Shown here piece after piece: positions 26,632 to 39,233 of a stretch of 64,000 bases of DNA. Origin of the DNA: Nannocystis sp. SCPEA4 (GTDB taxonomy: Bacteria > Myxococcota_A > Polyangia > Nannocystales > Nannocystaceae); assembly GCF_026626685.1 (NCBI RefSeq), contig NZ_JAPNJX010000021.1:41329-105328 (forward strand). Reading direction: 5' to 3'. Made by a program: the position numbers and the translations under genes. Every line of letters starts with the position of its first letter. Position 1 is the stretch's first letter. The notes under the pieces were generated by a model. The model did not search any database, was not told the DNA's origin, and saw only the letters and a program-made list of their open reading frames with translations.

Positions 26632-28002
26632 TCAGTCCTCGCGGAGGTAGAGCCACGCGCCGGTGCCCTTGGTGCCCTCGCTGCGGACGAATTGCATGTC
26701 GTAGATGGAGGTGACCCGCTTCTTCACGGCGCCGACCTCGGCGATGATCTCGATGCGATAGACCCGCTCGGGCGCGATGGTGGCGATGTCGCTGAGGCCG
26801 CCGAGCTGCTCGCCCGAGCTCTTGTCCTCTTCGCTGTTCTCGCGGATCATCATGCCCTCGGGGATCCGCGGCAGGTTGGCCCGGTTGAGCGCCTGCGCGG
26901 CCGAGCCGCCGCCGCCGAGCGCGGCCAGCGGGTTCATGAACTTGTCGGGCTTCTCGACGAACTCCTTGAACGCCTTCATGTCGGCGAACAGGCTCATGGT
27001 CCGCGAGTCGACGATGTAGCGGGCCAGCGGCAGCGTCTTGATCAGGAAGTTCTCGCCCTCGGTCTTCCACTTGTCCTCGGCGGTGACCGAGTGGCGCAGC
27101 ACGAGCGCGATCTGGTCGGCGCTGGCGAAGTTGAGGTTGACCTTGCAGCCGCCGTAGACGGTGAGGTCGGCGGCGATCGCCGTCATCAGGTCGTCGTCGA
27201 CGCCCTGGACCAGGTGCAGCTCCTCGATGCTGTCGAGCCGGGCGTTGCGCGGCTGGTACGGGTCGAAGATCTCGGTGTAGCGGTAGCGCTCCTGCGTCGA
27301 CGACGACGCCAGCTTGACCATGTCCCACGACTTGATGTCCTCGTCGATGTAGTCGACGATCGCCTGGATGACGCTGGCCCGGGTGTAGCGCTGACCGTCG
27401 CTCTTCTCCTCGTCGAACAGCGGGTCGTAGAGCGTCGGCATCAGCATCGCCTCGAGCGTCTCGACGGTGCGCGCCTGCGAGTTGTCCTTGCCCTGCCCCG
27501 CCTGCGCCAGGCAGTTGACGTTGAGCTTGCCGCTCTCGGCCTCGACGCGGATCTCGAAGCCGCCGTGCTCGATGGCGAGGTCCTTGAAGGTCGAGTTGTC
27601 GAGGCCGACCAGCCCGGCGATGCCCTCGTGGCCGTCCTTCGAGCCGAACGCCGACATCAGGTACGGCGCGACCTGGGTGATGTCCCAGGTGCCGAGCATC
27701 TGCCGGAACTGCTTCTGGTTGAACACCATGCGCTGCAGCTCGAACAGCAGCAGCGACAGGCGCATCCCGCCGCGGGTCAGGTTGCGCGCCGAGATCTCGT
27801 CGCGCAGGTTGATCGCGGCCTGCCAGTCGACGCGCGTGGTGTAGCTGAACGCGGCCGTGAACGGCAGCAGCACGGCGATGCAGGCCAGGACCATCAGCAG
27901 GGCGATGCCGTGCTCCTTGCCGCCGGCGCGGCGCCGGCCCGCGCCGGACCTGGCCTTACGGACATGTCGCTCGGGCGGGGTATGTGCGGAGGACGCGGTC
28001 AT
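26632..28002 (-). CDS. gspK: Type II secretion system minor pseudopilin GspK
   Basis: N-terminal hydrophobic segment GIALLMVLACIAVLL, ~450 aa, operon position. Confidence 0.6.
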   Translation of the reverse strand: MTASSAHTPPERHVRKARSGAGRRRAGGKEHGIALLMVLACIAVLLPFTAAFSYTTRVDWQAAINLRDEISARNLTRGGMRLSLLLFELQRMVFNQKQFRQMLGTWDITQVAPYLMSAFGSKDGHEGIAGLVGLDNSTFKDLAIEHGGFEIRVEAESGKLNVNCLAQAGQGKDNSQARTVETLEAMLMPTLYDPLFDEEKSDGQRYTRASVIQAIVDYIDEDIKSWDMVKLASSSTQERYRYTEIFDPYQPRNARLDSIEELHLVQGVDDDLMTAIAADLTVYGGCKVNLNFASADQIALVLRHSVTAEDKWKTEGENFLIKTLPLARYIVDSRTMSLFADMKAFKEFVEKPDKFMNPLAALGGGGSAAQALNRANLPRIPEGMMIRENSEEDKSSGEQLGGLSDIATIAPERVYRIEIIAEVGAVKKRVTSIYDMQFVRSEGTKGTGAWLYLRED

Positions 28003-28011
28003 GGCGAAAAC

Positions 28012-28737
28012 TCAGCGGGAGAAGTCGATGCGCTCCTGCAGCGGGATGAGGGCCTGGGTGACGTACTTGACCTCCTTGCCGAGGTCCGGGTCCCACACGC
28101 CCAGCGTGATCTTGACCCGCTCCGGCAGGCGGTTCGGCTGCATGTCCTGCTTCATCGTGCGCCACTCGTCGCGCCACTCGATGCGCTTGTTGTCCCAGTA
28201 CTTGACGTCGAACGACTTGATGTCCTCGCAGAACACGTAGGCCGGGAAGAACTCTTCGAGCTTCTCCGGCAGGTCGCCCATCAGCCGCCGCGCCTCGCGC
28301 TTGTACAGGTGGGTGCGCGTGCCGTCGTTCGGGTCCTTGAACAGGAAGTACTGGATGACCGACTGGTCGCTCTCGTTGGCGTCCTTGCGCATGCGGATGT
28401 GGGCGAACGCCGAGAACGTGAGGCTGTCGGAGTAGAACAGGTCGCGGCCCTCGAACAGCGTGTAGTGCTTCTCGTCCCCGGCCGGGCGGTTGTGCGACAG
28501 GTAGGCCATCGACAGCTCGGCGCCCATGCGCGCCAGGCAGTTGCGCAGCACCGCGTACTTCTGCTGCACCTTCTCGGCGTGGCGCATGCTGGTCGCGGTG
28601 GTGCTGAAGCTGGCGTAGACCGAGGCGATCATCATCGTGATCATGGTGACCGCGACGAGGATCTCGATCAGCGACATGCCGCGCTGGCTGGCTGCCCGCC
28701 GGGACATGGTCGAAGGGACATGGCGGATGGGACTCAT
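28012..28737 (-). CDS. gspJ: Type II secretion pseudopilin (GspJ-like)
   Basis: Prepilin-type N-terminus RGMSLIEILVAVTMITMM. Confidence 0.6.
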   Translation of the reverse strand: MSPIRHVPSTMSRRAASQRGMSLIEILVAVTMITMMIASVYASFSTTATSMRHAEKVQQKYAVLRNCLARMGAELSMAYLSHNRPAGDEKHYTLFEGRDLFYSDSLTFSAFAHIRMRKDANESDQSVIQYFLFKDPNDGTRTHLYKREARRLMGDLPEKLEEFFPAYVFCEDIKSFDVKYWDNKRIEWRDEWRTMKQDMQPNRLPERVKITLGVWDPDLGKEVKYVTQALIPLQERIDFSR

Positions 28738-29507
28738 CGCTTCATCCCTCCCATCTGCATGCTCGACCCCGGGCCCGTGCCGCCGGCCGCCGGCTGACGC
28801 CCCCCACCGGCGCCGCCCGTCGGCTTGCCCGCGCCCGCGCCCGCACCCGCCCCCTGCCCCTGCCCCTGCTCGTCGCCCATGTCGCCCTCCTTGGCCTCGC
28901 CGCCGAGGCCGGGCAGCTGCTTGAGCTTCTCGGGGTCGGCCCAGAAGGTGTTGACGATGAACTCCTCGTCGAGGTTGCCGTTCTTCCACTTGACCGTGCA
29001 CTTGACCTTGCGGATCGAGCGCTCGATCGCCTGCTTGACCGGCGTCCACACCATGCCGAGGGCGGTGAACGCCTGATCGCCGGCGCTCTTGTAGTACATG
29101 CTGCTCTCGCCGCGCTTGGACCGGTCGCTCTCGTCCTTGGCCGCGCGCAGCTCGGTGTACTCGGGCAGCTTGAGGAAGTCGACGATGCACTTGTACTTGA
29201 CGTCGGGCCAGCCCTGGTCGGCGAAGCTGCCCTCGTAGAACTTGTCCTCGAGCACCCAGCCGCCCTCCTTGCGGACGATGTACTCGGTCTCGATCAGCTG
29301 GTAGTCGGCCAGGAACGCCACCGAGGTGATCGTCTGCGCGTAGCGGGTGGCGCGGAGGCTGGCCATCTGCGACGTCAGCATCGACGTCAGCGACAGCGCC
29401 AGCACGGCCATCGCGATCATGACCTCGAGCAGGGTGAAGCCGGCGGCGGCGTAGCGCTGCTCGGGCGGCCGCAGCCGGGTCGGACGGGGGGAGCTCGGCG
29501 CGGTCAT
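28734..29507 (-). CDS. gspI: Type II secretion pseudopilin (GspI-like) with Gly/Gln-rich tail
   Basis: Prepilin N-terminus AGFTLLEVMIAMAVLAL. Confidence 0.6.
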   Translation of the reverse strand: MTAPSSPRPTRLRPPEQRYAAAGFTLLEVMIAMAVLALSLTSMLTSQMASLRATRYAQTITSVAFLADYQLIETEYIVRKEGGWVLEDKFYEGSFADQGWPDVKYKCIVDFLKLPEYTELRAAKDESDRSKRGESSMYYKSAGDQAFTALGMVWTPVKQAIERSIRKVKCTVKWKNGNLDEEFIVNTFWADPEKLKQLPGLGGEAKEGDMGDEQGQGQGAGAGAGAGKPTGGAGGGRQPAAGGTGPGSSMQMGGMKR

Positions 29508-29508
29508 G

Positions 29509-30522
29509 TCAGAACGCCCTCCGGTTCATCTTCTTGCCGAGGTCGTCGCGGATCGACGTCGGGTCCTCCGGCAGCGCGAGGTCGACGTGGCCGTCCTTCA
29601 CCTCGACGCGGCCGGTCAGCGGCTTGACGATGATGGTGAACTCGTTCTCCGGATTGGCGACCTCCTGCACGTGGATGTGCGCCAGCTGGGTGTGGCCCTG
29701 CGGGAAGAAGTACAGGCTCGCCTCGCCCTTGGTGATCGGCTTGAGGTCCTCGGCCGTGCGCACCGCGATCACCTTGACCTCGGCCGGGAACTTGAACGGC
29801 TTCTTGAGCTCCGACAGGCTGTTGTCGTCGTCGAAGGCGCCGAAGATCGGCGGCTTGCGCCGCGGGACCTTCTTCGGCGGGGTGATGTACTTGTCGGGCT
29901 GCGTCGTCGTCGACGGCGGCGTGGTGCCCGGCTTGGCCGCGCCGGCCGGCTGCCCCGGCGCGCCCGGCGTGGTGCCGCTCTTGGCCGGCTGCCCCGGCTG
30001 CCCCGGCTGTCCCGGAGTACCTGTCCCAGGAGTCACGCTCGCCATCGGCTGCCCGAGCGGGCCCATGGTCTGGCCCGGCTTGCCGACCGGCGCGCCCTTG
30101 ACCGCGTCGAGCACCCGCGCCTGCAGCGAGCGGTTGTAGTTCTCCTCGGCCCGCTTGTCGCGCTCCTCTTTCTCCTTCACCTTGCCCGGGTCGATGACGA
30201 CGATCCGGCCGTAGCGATCGGTGGCCGGCAGGTACATGCGATCGTCGCCGCGCTGCAGGGTGAAGCTGTTCTTGTCGATGTCGATGAGGAGCCGGTAGTA
30301 GGTGCCGGTGACGCGCGCCTTGTTGTAGGCGAAGCGGATCGTGTTGGCGAGCTGGTTGGTGACGCGGGCCACCTGCGCCTGCTTGCCGGCGCCGAGGCCG
30401 GTGAGCACCGAGCCGATGAGCAGCGCGAGGATCCCCATGATCACGAGGACCTCGATCAACGTGAAGCCGAGGCTCCCTCGCCGAGCGCGCGCCGCTGTGT
30501 GTCGGAACCCCATCGCCATCAC
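29509..30522 (-). CDS. gspH: Type II secretion pseudopilin (GspH-like) with long Pro/Gly/Thr-rich insert
   Basis: Prepilin N-terminus LGFTLIEVLVIMGILALL. Insert PGTGTPGQPGQPGQPAKSGTTPGAPGQP. Confidence 0.6.
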   Translation of the reverse strand: MMAMGFRHTAARARRGSLGFTLIEVLVIMGILALLIGSVLTGLGAGKQAQVARVTNQLANTIRFAYNKARVTGTYYRLLIDIDKNSFTLQRGDDRMYLPATDRYGRIVVIDPGKVKEKEERDKRAEENYNRSLQARVLDAVKGAPVGKPGQTMGPLGQPMASVTPGTGTPGQPGQPGQPAKSGTTPGAPGQPAGAAKPGTTPPSTTTQPDKYITPPKKVPRRKPPIFGAFDDDNSLSELKKPFKFPAEVKVIAVRTAEDLKPITKGEASLYFFPQGHTQLAHIHVQEVANPENEFTIIVKPLTGRVEVKDGHVDLALPEDPTSIRDDLGKKMNRRAF

Positions 30523-30561
30523 GATCCTTCTTGCGGAGAAACGACCGGGCCTAGCGCCCGA

Positions 30562-31011
30562 TCACTTCTTCTCCTCCTTGGCCGCCTCGATGTCCTTCGG
30601 GTCCTCCCAGCTGTTGACGTCGTCGCCGCCGGAGGGCTTCTTGTCGGGGCCGTTGGAGGTGACGTCGACCGGGCCGTGCTGACCGGGGCAGACGATGACG
30701 TACTCCTCGCCCCACGGGTCCTTCTTGACGCGCGCCGTGACGCCGGCGGCCTTGAGGTCCGCCATGCTCTTCGGGCACTTGTCGTTCTTCTGCAGCATGT
30801 ACTGCTCGCTGAGCTTCTGGATCTCGACCACCTCGTTGTAGGCGACCTTGACCTTCGAGTCCGAGAGCGCGTTGAAGGCGACGACGCTGACGCCGCCGAC
30901 GATGAGGCCGATGATCGCCAGCACGACGAGGATCTCGATCAGCGTCATGCCGCGGCTGCGGCGGCGGCGGCGGACGGCCTGGCGGACGGTGTGAAGTTGC
31001 GGGTTCATGGG
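30562..31011 (-). CDS. gspG: Type II secretion major pseudopilin GspG
   Basis: RGMTLIEILVVLAIIGLIVGG prepilin leader plus conserved GspG core (DPWGEEYV). Confidence 0.8.
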   Translation of the reverse strand, partial: PMNPQLHTVRQAVRRRRRSRGMTLIEILVVLAIIGLIVGGVSVVAFNALSDSKVKVAYNEVVEIQKLSEQYMLQKNDKCPKSMADLKAAGVTARVKKDPWGEEYVIVCPGQHGPVDVTSNGPDKKPSGGDDVNSWEDPKDIEAAKEEKK

Positions 31012-31034
31012 TGGTCTCTCCTGAGGTACTCGGG

Positions 31035-32276
31035 CTACTGCGCGGCCATTTCGTTGAGCATCATGATCGGCTGCATGATCGAGAACACGATAAAGCCGAC
31101 GCTGCCGCCCATGACGACGATCATGAGGGGCTCCAGCAGCGCGGTCATGCGCGTGAGGGCGGTGTTGACCTCGCGGTCGTAGGCGTTGGCGACGTCGGTG
31201 AGCATCTGCTCGAGCTGGCCGGAGCGCTCGCCGACCGCGATCATGTGCGTCACCAGGGCGGGGAACTCGCCGCTGCGCTTGAGCGCCGGGGCGATGCCCT
31301 CGCCCTCGCGGATGTTGTCGCGGGCCGTGGCGACGACCTTCTCCAGCACCCAGTTGCCGAGCAGCGCGCGCACGATGTCGAGCGCTGCCAGCAGTTGCAC
31401 GCCGCTCGCGAGCATGGTCGCAAGTGTACGGGCGAAGCGCGCGATCGCCAGCTTGCGCGCGAGGTCGCCGATGATCGGCAGCTTGAGCAGGATGGTGTCG
31501 CCGGTCGCGCGGCCGATGTCGGTCTTGCGCCAGCGCCGGAACAGCCAGCCGAGGCCGAAGAACCCGGCGATGAGCAGGTACCACCACGCGGCCACGAAGT
31601 CGCTGAACCAGATCAGGAACGCGGTGTTCCACGGCAGCTGGGCGTTCATGCCCTCGAACATCTCCGTGATCTGCGGGACCACGTTGAGCATCAGCATCAT
31701 GATGATGCCGCCCGACAGCACGGTCATGATCGCCGGGTAGATCATCGCCGAGGTGACCTTGCCCTTCAGCTCCTCCTGCTGATCCATGAAGTCGGCGATG
31801 CGCAGGAGCACCGTCTCGAGCGAGCCCGAGGCCTCGCCCGCGCGGACCATGTTGATGAACAGCGGCTGGAAGACGTCGGGGTAGCGCGCGCACGCGTCGG
31901 CCAGCGAGCTGCCCTCGTTGACCTTGTTGGCGATGTCGCTGAGGATGCCCTTGAGCCGCCGGCTCTCGCTCTGCTCGGTGATCGCCGCCAGCGACTCCGG
32001 CAGCGTGACGCCGGCGCACAGCAGCGTGGCCAGGAGCCGCGTCGTGCGCGACACGGTCTTCTGCGACACACGGTCGAACAACGCGCCGAGGTCGACCTCG
32101 CGGCCCATGCCCGAGCCGCCGTTGGCCGCAACCTGCGCCGTGGTCTCGCTGACCGCGGTGAGGAAGATGCCGGCGCGCTTGAGGTTGGCCTTGAGCGCGG
32201 CGACCGTGTCGGCCGACTCGACGCCCTTGACCGTCTTGCCGTCCTTGCGCAGGCCTGTGTACGCGTACGCCGGCAT
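31035..32276 (-). CDS. gspF: Type II secretion inner-membrane platform protein GspF
   Basis: 413 aa. Duplicated GspF/PilC domains. Confidence 0.8.
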   Translation of the reverse strand: MPAYAYTGLRKDGKTVKGVESADTVAALKANLKRAGIFLTAVSETTAQVAANGGSGMGREVDLGALFDRVSQKTVSRTTRLLATLLCAGVTLPESLAAITEQSESRRLKGILSDIANKVNEGSSLADACARYPDVFQPLFINMVRAGEASGSLETVLLRIADFMDQQEELKGKVTSAMIYPAIMTVLSGGIIMMLMLNVVPQITEMFEGMNAQLPWNTAFLIWFSDFVAAWWYLLIAGFFGLGWLFRRWRKTDIGRATGDTILLKLPIIGDLARKLAIARFARTLATMLASGVQLLAALDIVRALLGNWVLEKVVATARDNIREGEGIAPALKRSGEFPALVTHMIAVGERSGQLEQMLTDVANAYDREVNTALTRMTALLEPLMIVVMGGSVGFIVFSIMQPIMMLNEMAAQ

Positions 32277-32282
32277 GCTCTG

Positions 32283-34151
<1,869 letters not shown>

Positions 34152-34170
34152 GTCAGACGAGAGGATAGCC

Positions 34171-36591
34171 TCAGGGCTCGCGCCGGATCACCGGCGCGGG
34201 TGTCACCGTCGGCGTGGGCGTGGCCGCGCCCCCGTCGCCGCCGCCGCCGACGTTGTCGTCGACCGCGGCCGAGCGCGGGCTGAGGCCGAGCTCGCCGGTG
34301 ATGATCTCGCGCCGCATCTCCTCCTCGGCGCGGCGCAGCAGCAGCTCCTCCTGCTCCATGCGCCGGGCCTCCTTGTCGATCGCGGCCAGGATCCCCGACT
34401 TCTTGCGGTAGTTGATGTTGCTCTTGAGCTCGCGCTTGCGGAAGTTGGTCTCGCGCTCGATGAACTCGAGGCGCTCCCGATCGCGCCGCTCGTGGATCCG
34501 GCGCACGTCGTCGGGGCTGTCGATGATGTGCGGCACCATGACGAGCAGGAGGTTGATCTTCTCCTTCTCCTTGACGCGGTTCTTGAACAGCCAGCCGAGG
34601 AGCGGGATCGACCCGAGGCCGGGGACCTGACGCACGTTCTCGGCCTCGCGGTCGCGGATGAGGCCGCCGAGGACCACCGGCTGGCCGTCGCGGCCGACGA
34701 TCTTGTCGAGCTTGATGCGCCGCTTGGTGGTGGTGACGCCGAGCACCGGGTCCTTCTCGGTGATGTCGCGGTCCTCGACCTCGACGTCCATCGTCACGTT
34801 GCGCTCGTCGTTGATGTACGGCTTGACCTTGATGCGCAGGGTGACGTCCTGGCGCTCGACCGACTGCAGCGGGACCAGGCCGGTGCCGCCGCCGCCACCT
34901 GCTCCGAAGGACAGGGCGCCGGGCGTGGGCACGTTGCGACCGACCTCGATGGTCGCCTCCTGGTTGTCGGCCGCGTACATGTGCGGCTCGCTGACGACGT
35001 TGACGTCGCTGCTGGTCTGCAGGGCCTGGATCACCGCGCCGAACGCCGGCACGTCGCGGCCGGTGCCGAGGATCGTGCCGGAGTTGGGGAGCAGCGGGCC
35101 GATGAGGCCGACGGTGAAGTTCTTCAGCGACTCGGGCGACAGCAGCAGCGAGTTGAGCGCGGCCGTGGGCGCGCTGCTGACCAAACCGATCGCGTTGCCC
35201 TGCTGTCCTGCCAGCTCGGTCGGGAACGCGTAGCCGAAGTGGCCGCCCGCGCCGGCGTCGGTGCCGTGCTTGATGCTCACCTCGAGCATGTAGATCTCGA
35301 TGTAGAGCTGGCGGCGCTCGCGGTCGAGCTTCTCGATCACGGGCTCGAGGTTCTTGTAGTCGGCCGCGGAGGCGATGATGACGAGCGAGCGCGTCGCCGG
35401 ATCGGGCGTGACCTTGACGTCGCCGGAGAACAGGTCGGCGCTGACCGGGTTGCCCGCGGGCGGCTTCTGCCCGCCCTGCTGCGAGGCCTGGGCGGCCTGC
35501 TTGGCGCCGGTGGCCAGCTGCGACAGCACCTGCGCGACCTCGGTGGCGTCGGCGTTCTTGAGCTTGTAGACGTGGATCCGGCCGCCACCGCCGGGCAGCT
35601 TGACGTCGAGGCGCTCGATCAGCTTGCGGATGACGACGTAGTCGGACTCGGTGGTGACGATGATGAGCGTGCTGCTGCGCTCGTCGACGATCACGCGGCT
35701 GATCGCGGACTCGGTCGCGCCCCCGCCGCCCCCGCCTCCGCCGCCCCGGCGACCGGCGCGGCTGCCGGTGCCGCCGCCGCCACCGCCACCGCCGCCGCTG
35801 CTGGCCTTGGACTCGCCGAAGATGTCGCGGATGATCTGCGCGACCTCTTCGGCGTTGGCGTACTGCAGCTGGTAGAAGAAGATCTTCTCGCTGCCCATCG
35901 GCTGGTCGAGCTCGGAGACGAAGGTCTCGAGCCGCCGCACCATCGAGCCCTTGTCGGTGATGATGAGCAGGTTGCCGACCATGTCGACGCTGCCCGCCTT
36001 GCTCTTCAGCTGGCCGATGACGTCGCTGATCTCCTTGGCGTTGCCGTGGCGGACGCGGAGCAGCTTGGTGACGAAGCGGTCGCTGTTGGGCGCGTCGGCG
36101 TCGTCGCCGTAGGTCGGCAGCGTGCGGTTCTTGGCGTCGGCGGTCTCGACGATCTTGAAGTACTTGCCCGAGGGCTCGACCGTCAGGCCCATCGTCTCGA
36201 GCGCCGCGTAGAAGGCGGCGTACGCCTCCTCGGCCGTGACTGGCTCGGGGGACAGGATCGTCACCTTGCCGGAGCGCACCTTGCGATCCCAGATGAACTT
36301 CTGACAGGTGATCGACATGATCCAGTTGACGAGGTCCTCGAGCTCGGTCTCCTTCGGCAACGTGATCGTGAACTTGGCCCCCTTCGGGGTCTTCTTGCAG
36401 GTGTTGAACGGGATCGGGCCGCCGCCGGGCGTGCCGCCGCCTTCGTCGCCGATCAACTCGCCGCCGCGGCTGGGGCCGCCGGTGGTCGGATCCTGCGCGG
36501 AGACGGTGGTCGGGCCGAGCGTCAGAGCGGCCAGACCGAGGGAGACGAGGCCCAACGCGGTGGGGCGAACGGGGGTGCTACGCGCAATCAT
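34171..36591 (-). CDS. gspD: Type II secretion secretin GspD
   Basis: Signal peptide. N0-N3 domains. Gly-rich spacer. Secretin C-domain (VPGLGSIPLLGWLFKN). Confidence 0.85.
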   Translation of the reverse strand: MIARSTPVRPTALGLVSLGLAALTLGPTTVSAQDPTTGGPSRGGELIGDEGGGTPGGGPIPFNTCKKTPKGAKFTITLPKETELEDLVNWIMSITCQKFIWDRKVRSGKVTILSPEPVTAEEAYAAFYAALETMGLTVEPSGKYFKIVETADAKNRTLPTYGDDADAPNSDRFVTKLLRVRHGNAKEISDVIGQLKSKAGSVDMVGNLLIITDKGSMVRRLETFVSELDQPMGSEKIFFYQLQYANAEEVAQIIRDIFGESKASSGGGGGGGGGTGSRAGRRGGGGGGGGGATESAISRVIVDERSSTLIIVTTESDYVVIRKLIERLDVKLPGGGGRIHVYKLKNADATEVAQVLSQLATGAKQAAQASQQGGQKPPAGNPVSADLFSGDVKVTPDPATRSLVIIASAADYKNLEPVIEKLDRERRQLYIEIYMLEVSIKHGTDAGAGGHFGYAFPTELAGQQGNAIGLVSSAPTAALNSLLLSPESLKNFTVGLIGPLLPNSGTILGTGRDVPAFGAVIQALQTSSDVNVVSEPHMYAADNQEATIEVGRNVPTPGALSFGAGGGGGTGLVPLQSVERQDVTLRIKVKPYINDERNVTMDVEVEDRDITEKDPVLGVTTTKRRIKLDKIVGRDGQPVVLGGLIRDREAENVRQVPGLGSIPLLGWLFKNRVKEKEKINLLLVMVPHIIDSPDDVRRIHERRDRERLEFIERETNFRKRELKSNINYRKKSGILAAIDKEARRMEQEELLLRRAEEEMRREIITGELGLSPRSAAVDDNVGGGGDGGAATPTPTVTPAPVIRREP

Positions 36592-37646
36592 TGGATCGTG
36601 ATGTCCTTGGTGATCGACTCGCCCTTGCGCTCAATCGTGACCTGAAGGTTGCTGGCGCTGCGCATCTTGGTCAAAAGGCCCATGACCTGGTCGACCGACT
36701 TCAGCTCGATGCCGTTGACCGAGGTGAGGAGGTCGCCGTTCTTCATGCCGAGCAGCTTGGGCAGGCTGCCCGGGCGGATCCCGTAGAACTTGAAGCCCTT
36801 GGTCTCGCCGTCCTTGATCGACGGCATCACCCGCGCCTGCTTGGTCAGCGCGGCCGGGTTGGCGAACAGGCTGTCGATGAACATGCGATCGACGGTGCAC
36901 GAGTTCTCGCTCTCGCACTTGATCGCGTCCTCGGCCCCGGGGATGGCCCCGGCCGCCGGCGCCGCTTCTTCCTTCTTCTCGGCCACCTGCAGCGGCTTGG
37001 CGGTCGGCTTCGGCGGCTCGACGCCGAGCTCGATGTACTCGAGCGCGCCGCCGTTCTTGACGTGCACGAGGCTGCGCTCGACGCTGACGAGGTAGACGCC
37101 GGTGCGGATGCGATCGCCGGGCCAGTACGGGCCGACGCTGCCGTCCTCCTCGTCGCGGATGGTCGCCCACGAGTACTCGGGCATGTTGGTGGTCTCCATC
37201 GTGGCGATGAGCCGCAGCGGCTGCGTGCACGGGCCCTCGCCGGGCTGCTTGCCGGAGACCTGCGGCAGCTCGCCGGGGCCGAGGTCGGGCACCGCGGCGG
37301 GGCCACCCGTGGGCGACTCGGGGGTGACGACCTTGGTGCAGGTCGGGCAGAACAGGTTGAGCGAGAGGATCGTCTGCGTGACCTTGTTGCGGTCGGCCGC
37401 GCTCGGTCCACGCGAGGGGCTCGACATCATCCGCGGGTTGATGAGCGGCTTGTCCTCCTCGTCCTCCTCGTCGACCTTGGCCTCGCCGTCGGTGTCCGTG
37501 CCCGTGGCGACCGCCTCGTCCTCGCCGGCGTCGTAGATGTACGACGTGCCGAGCCAGGTGGTCAGCGCCGACGCGGCGAAGGCCGCAGCGACGCTCACGC
37601 CGAGCGCCTTGACGACCCAGAAGTGCTGCTTGAAGACGGCTTCCAT
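36588..37646 (-). CDS. gspC: Type II secretion protein GspC (C-terminal PDZ)
   Basis: N-terminal TM. C-terminal PDZ-like GIRPGSLPKLLGMKNGDLLTSVNGIEL. ATGA overlap with gspD. Confidence 0.7.
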   Translation of the reverse strand: MEAVFKQHFWVVKALGVSVAAAFAASALTTWLGTSYIYDAGEDEAVATGTDTDGEAKVDEEDEEDKPLINPRMMSSPSRGPSAADRNKVTQTILSLNLFCPTCTKVVTPESPTGGPAAVPDLGPGELPQVSGKQPGEGPCTQPLRLIATMETTNMPEYSWATIRDEEDGSVGPYWPGDRIRTGVYLVSVERSLVHVKNGGALEYIELGVEPPKPTAKPLQVAEKKEEAAPAAGAIPGAEDAIKCESENSCTVDRMFIDSLFANPAALTKQARVMPSIKDGETKGFKFYGIRPGSLPKLLGMKNGDLLTSVNGIELKSVDQVMGLLTKMRSASNLQVTIERKGESITKDITIQ

Positions 37647-37655
37647 CGCTCTCCG

Positions 37656-39068
<1,413 letters not shown>

Positions 39069-39089
39069 CGCTCGAGTCGAACCCGGCTC

Positions 39090-39107
39090 TGCAATTCGGG
39101 GTCCCGG
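39090..39107 (-). promoter_or_regulatory. Candidate sigma54 (-24/-12) promoter: ccGGgaccccgaaTTGCa
   Basis: GG-N10-GC spacing with a good -12 TTGCA, located ~25 bp upstream of the regulator ATG in an unusually AT-rich island. Confidence 0.3.
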
Positions 39108-39233
39108 GTCAAAAGCGAATGATTCTAAGGCATTTCCTGGAGCCAAGGAGGGGCTGTCACGCGCAATTGTCAGGCCGTCCGAGGGCCGCTGCCAAAATGG
39201 CAATCGCGCTCCTCGCGCGCGACAGGCGGCGCC

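Noticed and set aside
39071-39095. tRNA-like T-arm string ggttcgactcgag
   Set aside because: No acceptor stem, D-arm or anticodon arm can be formed around it.
39069-39203. In-frame N-terminal extension of the second sigma54 regulator (MPFWQRPSDG...)
   Set aside because: Third codon positions in this stretch are A/T-rich, unlike all real genes here. Receiver domains normally begin a few residues before the DDE motif, so the start was placed at ATG 39068.
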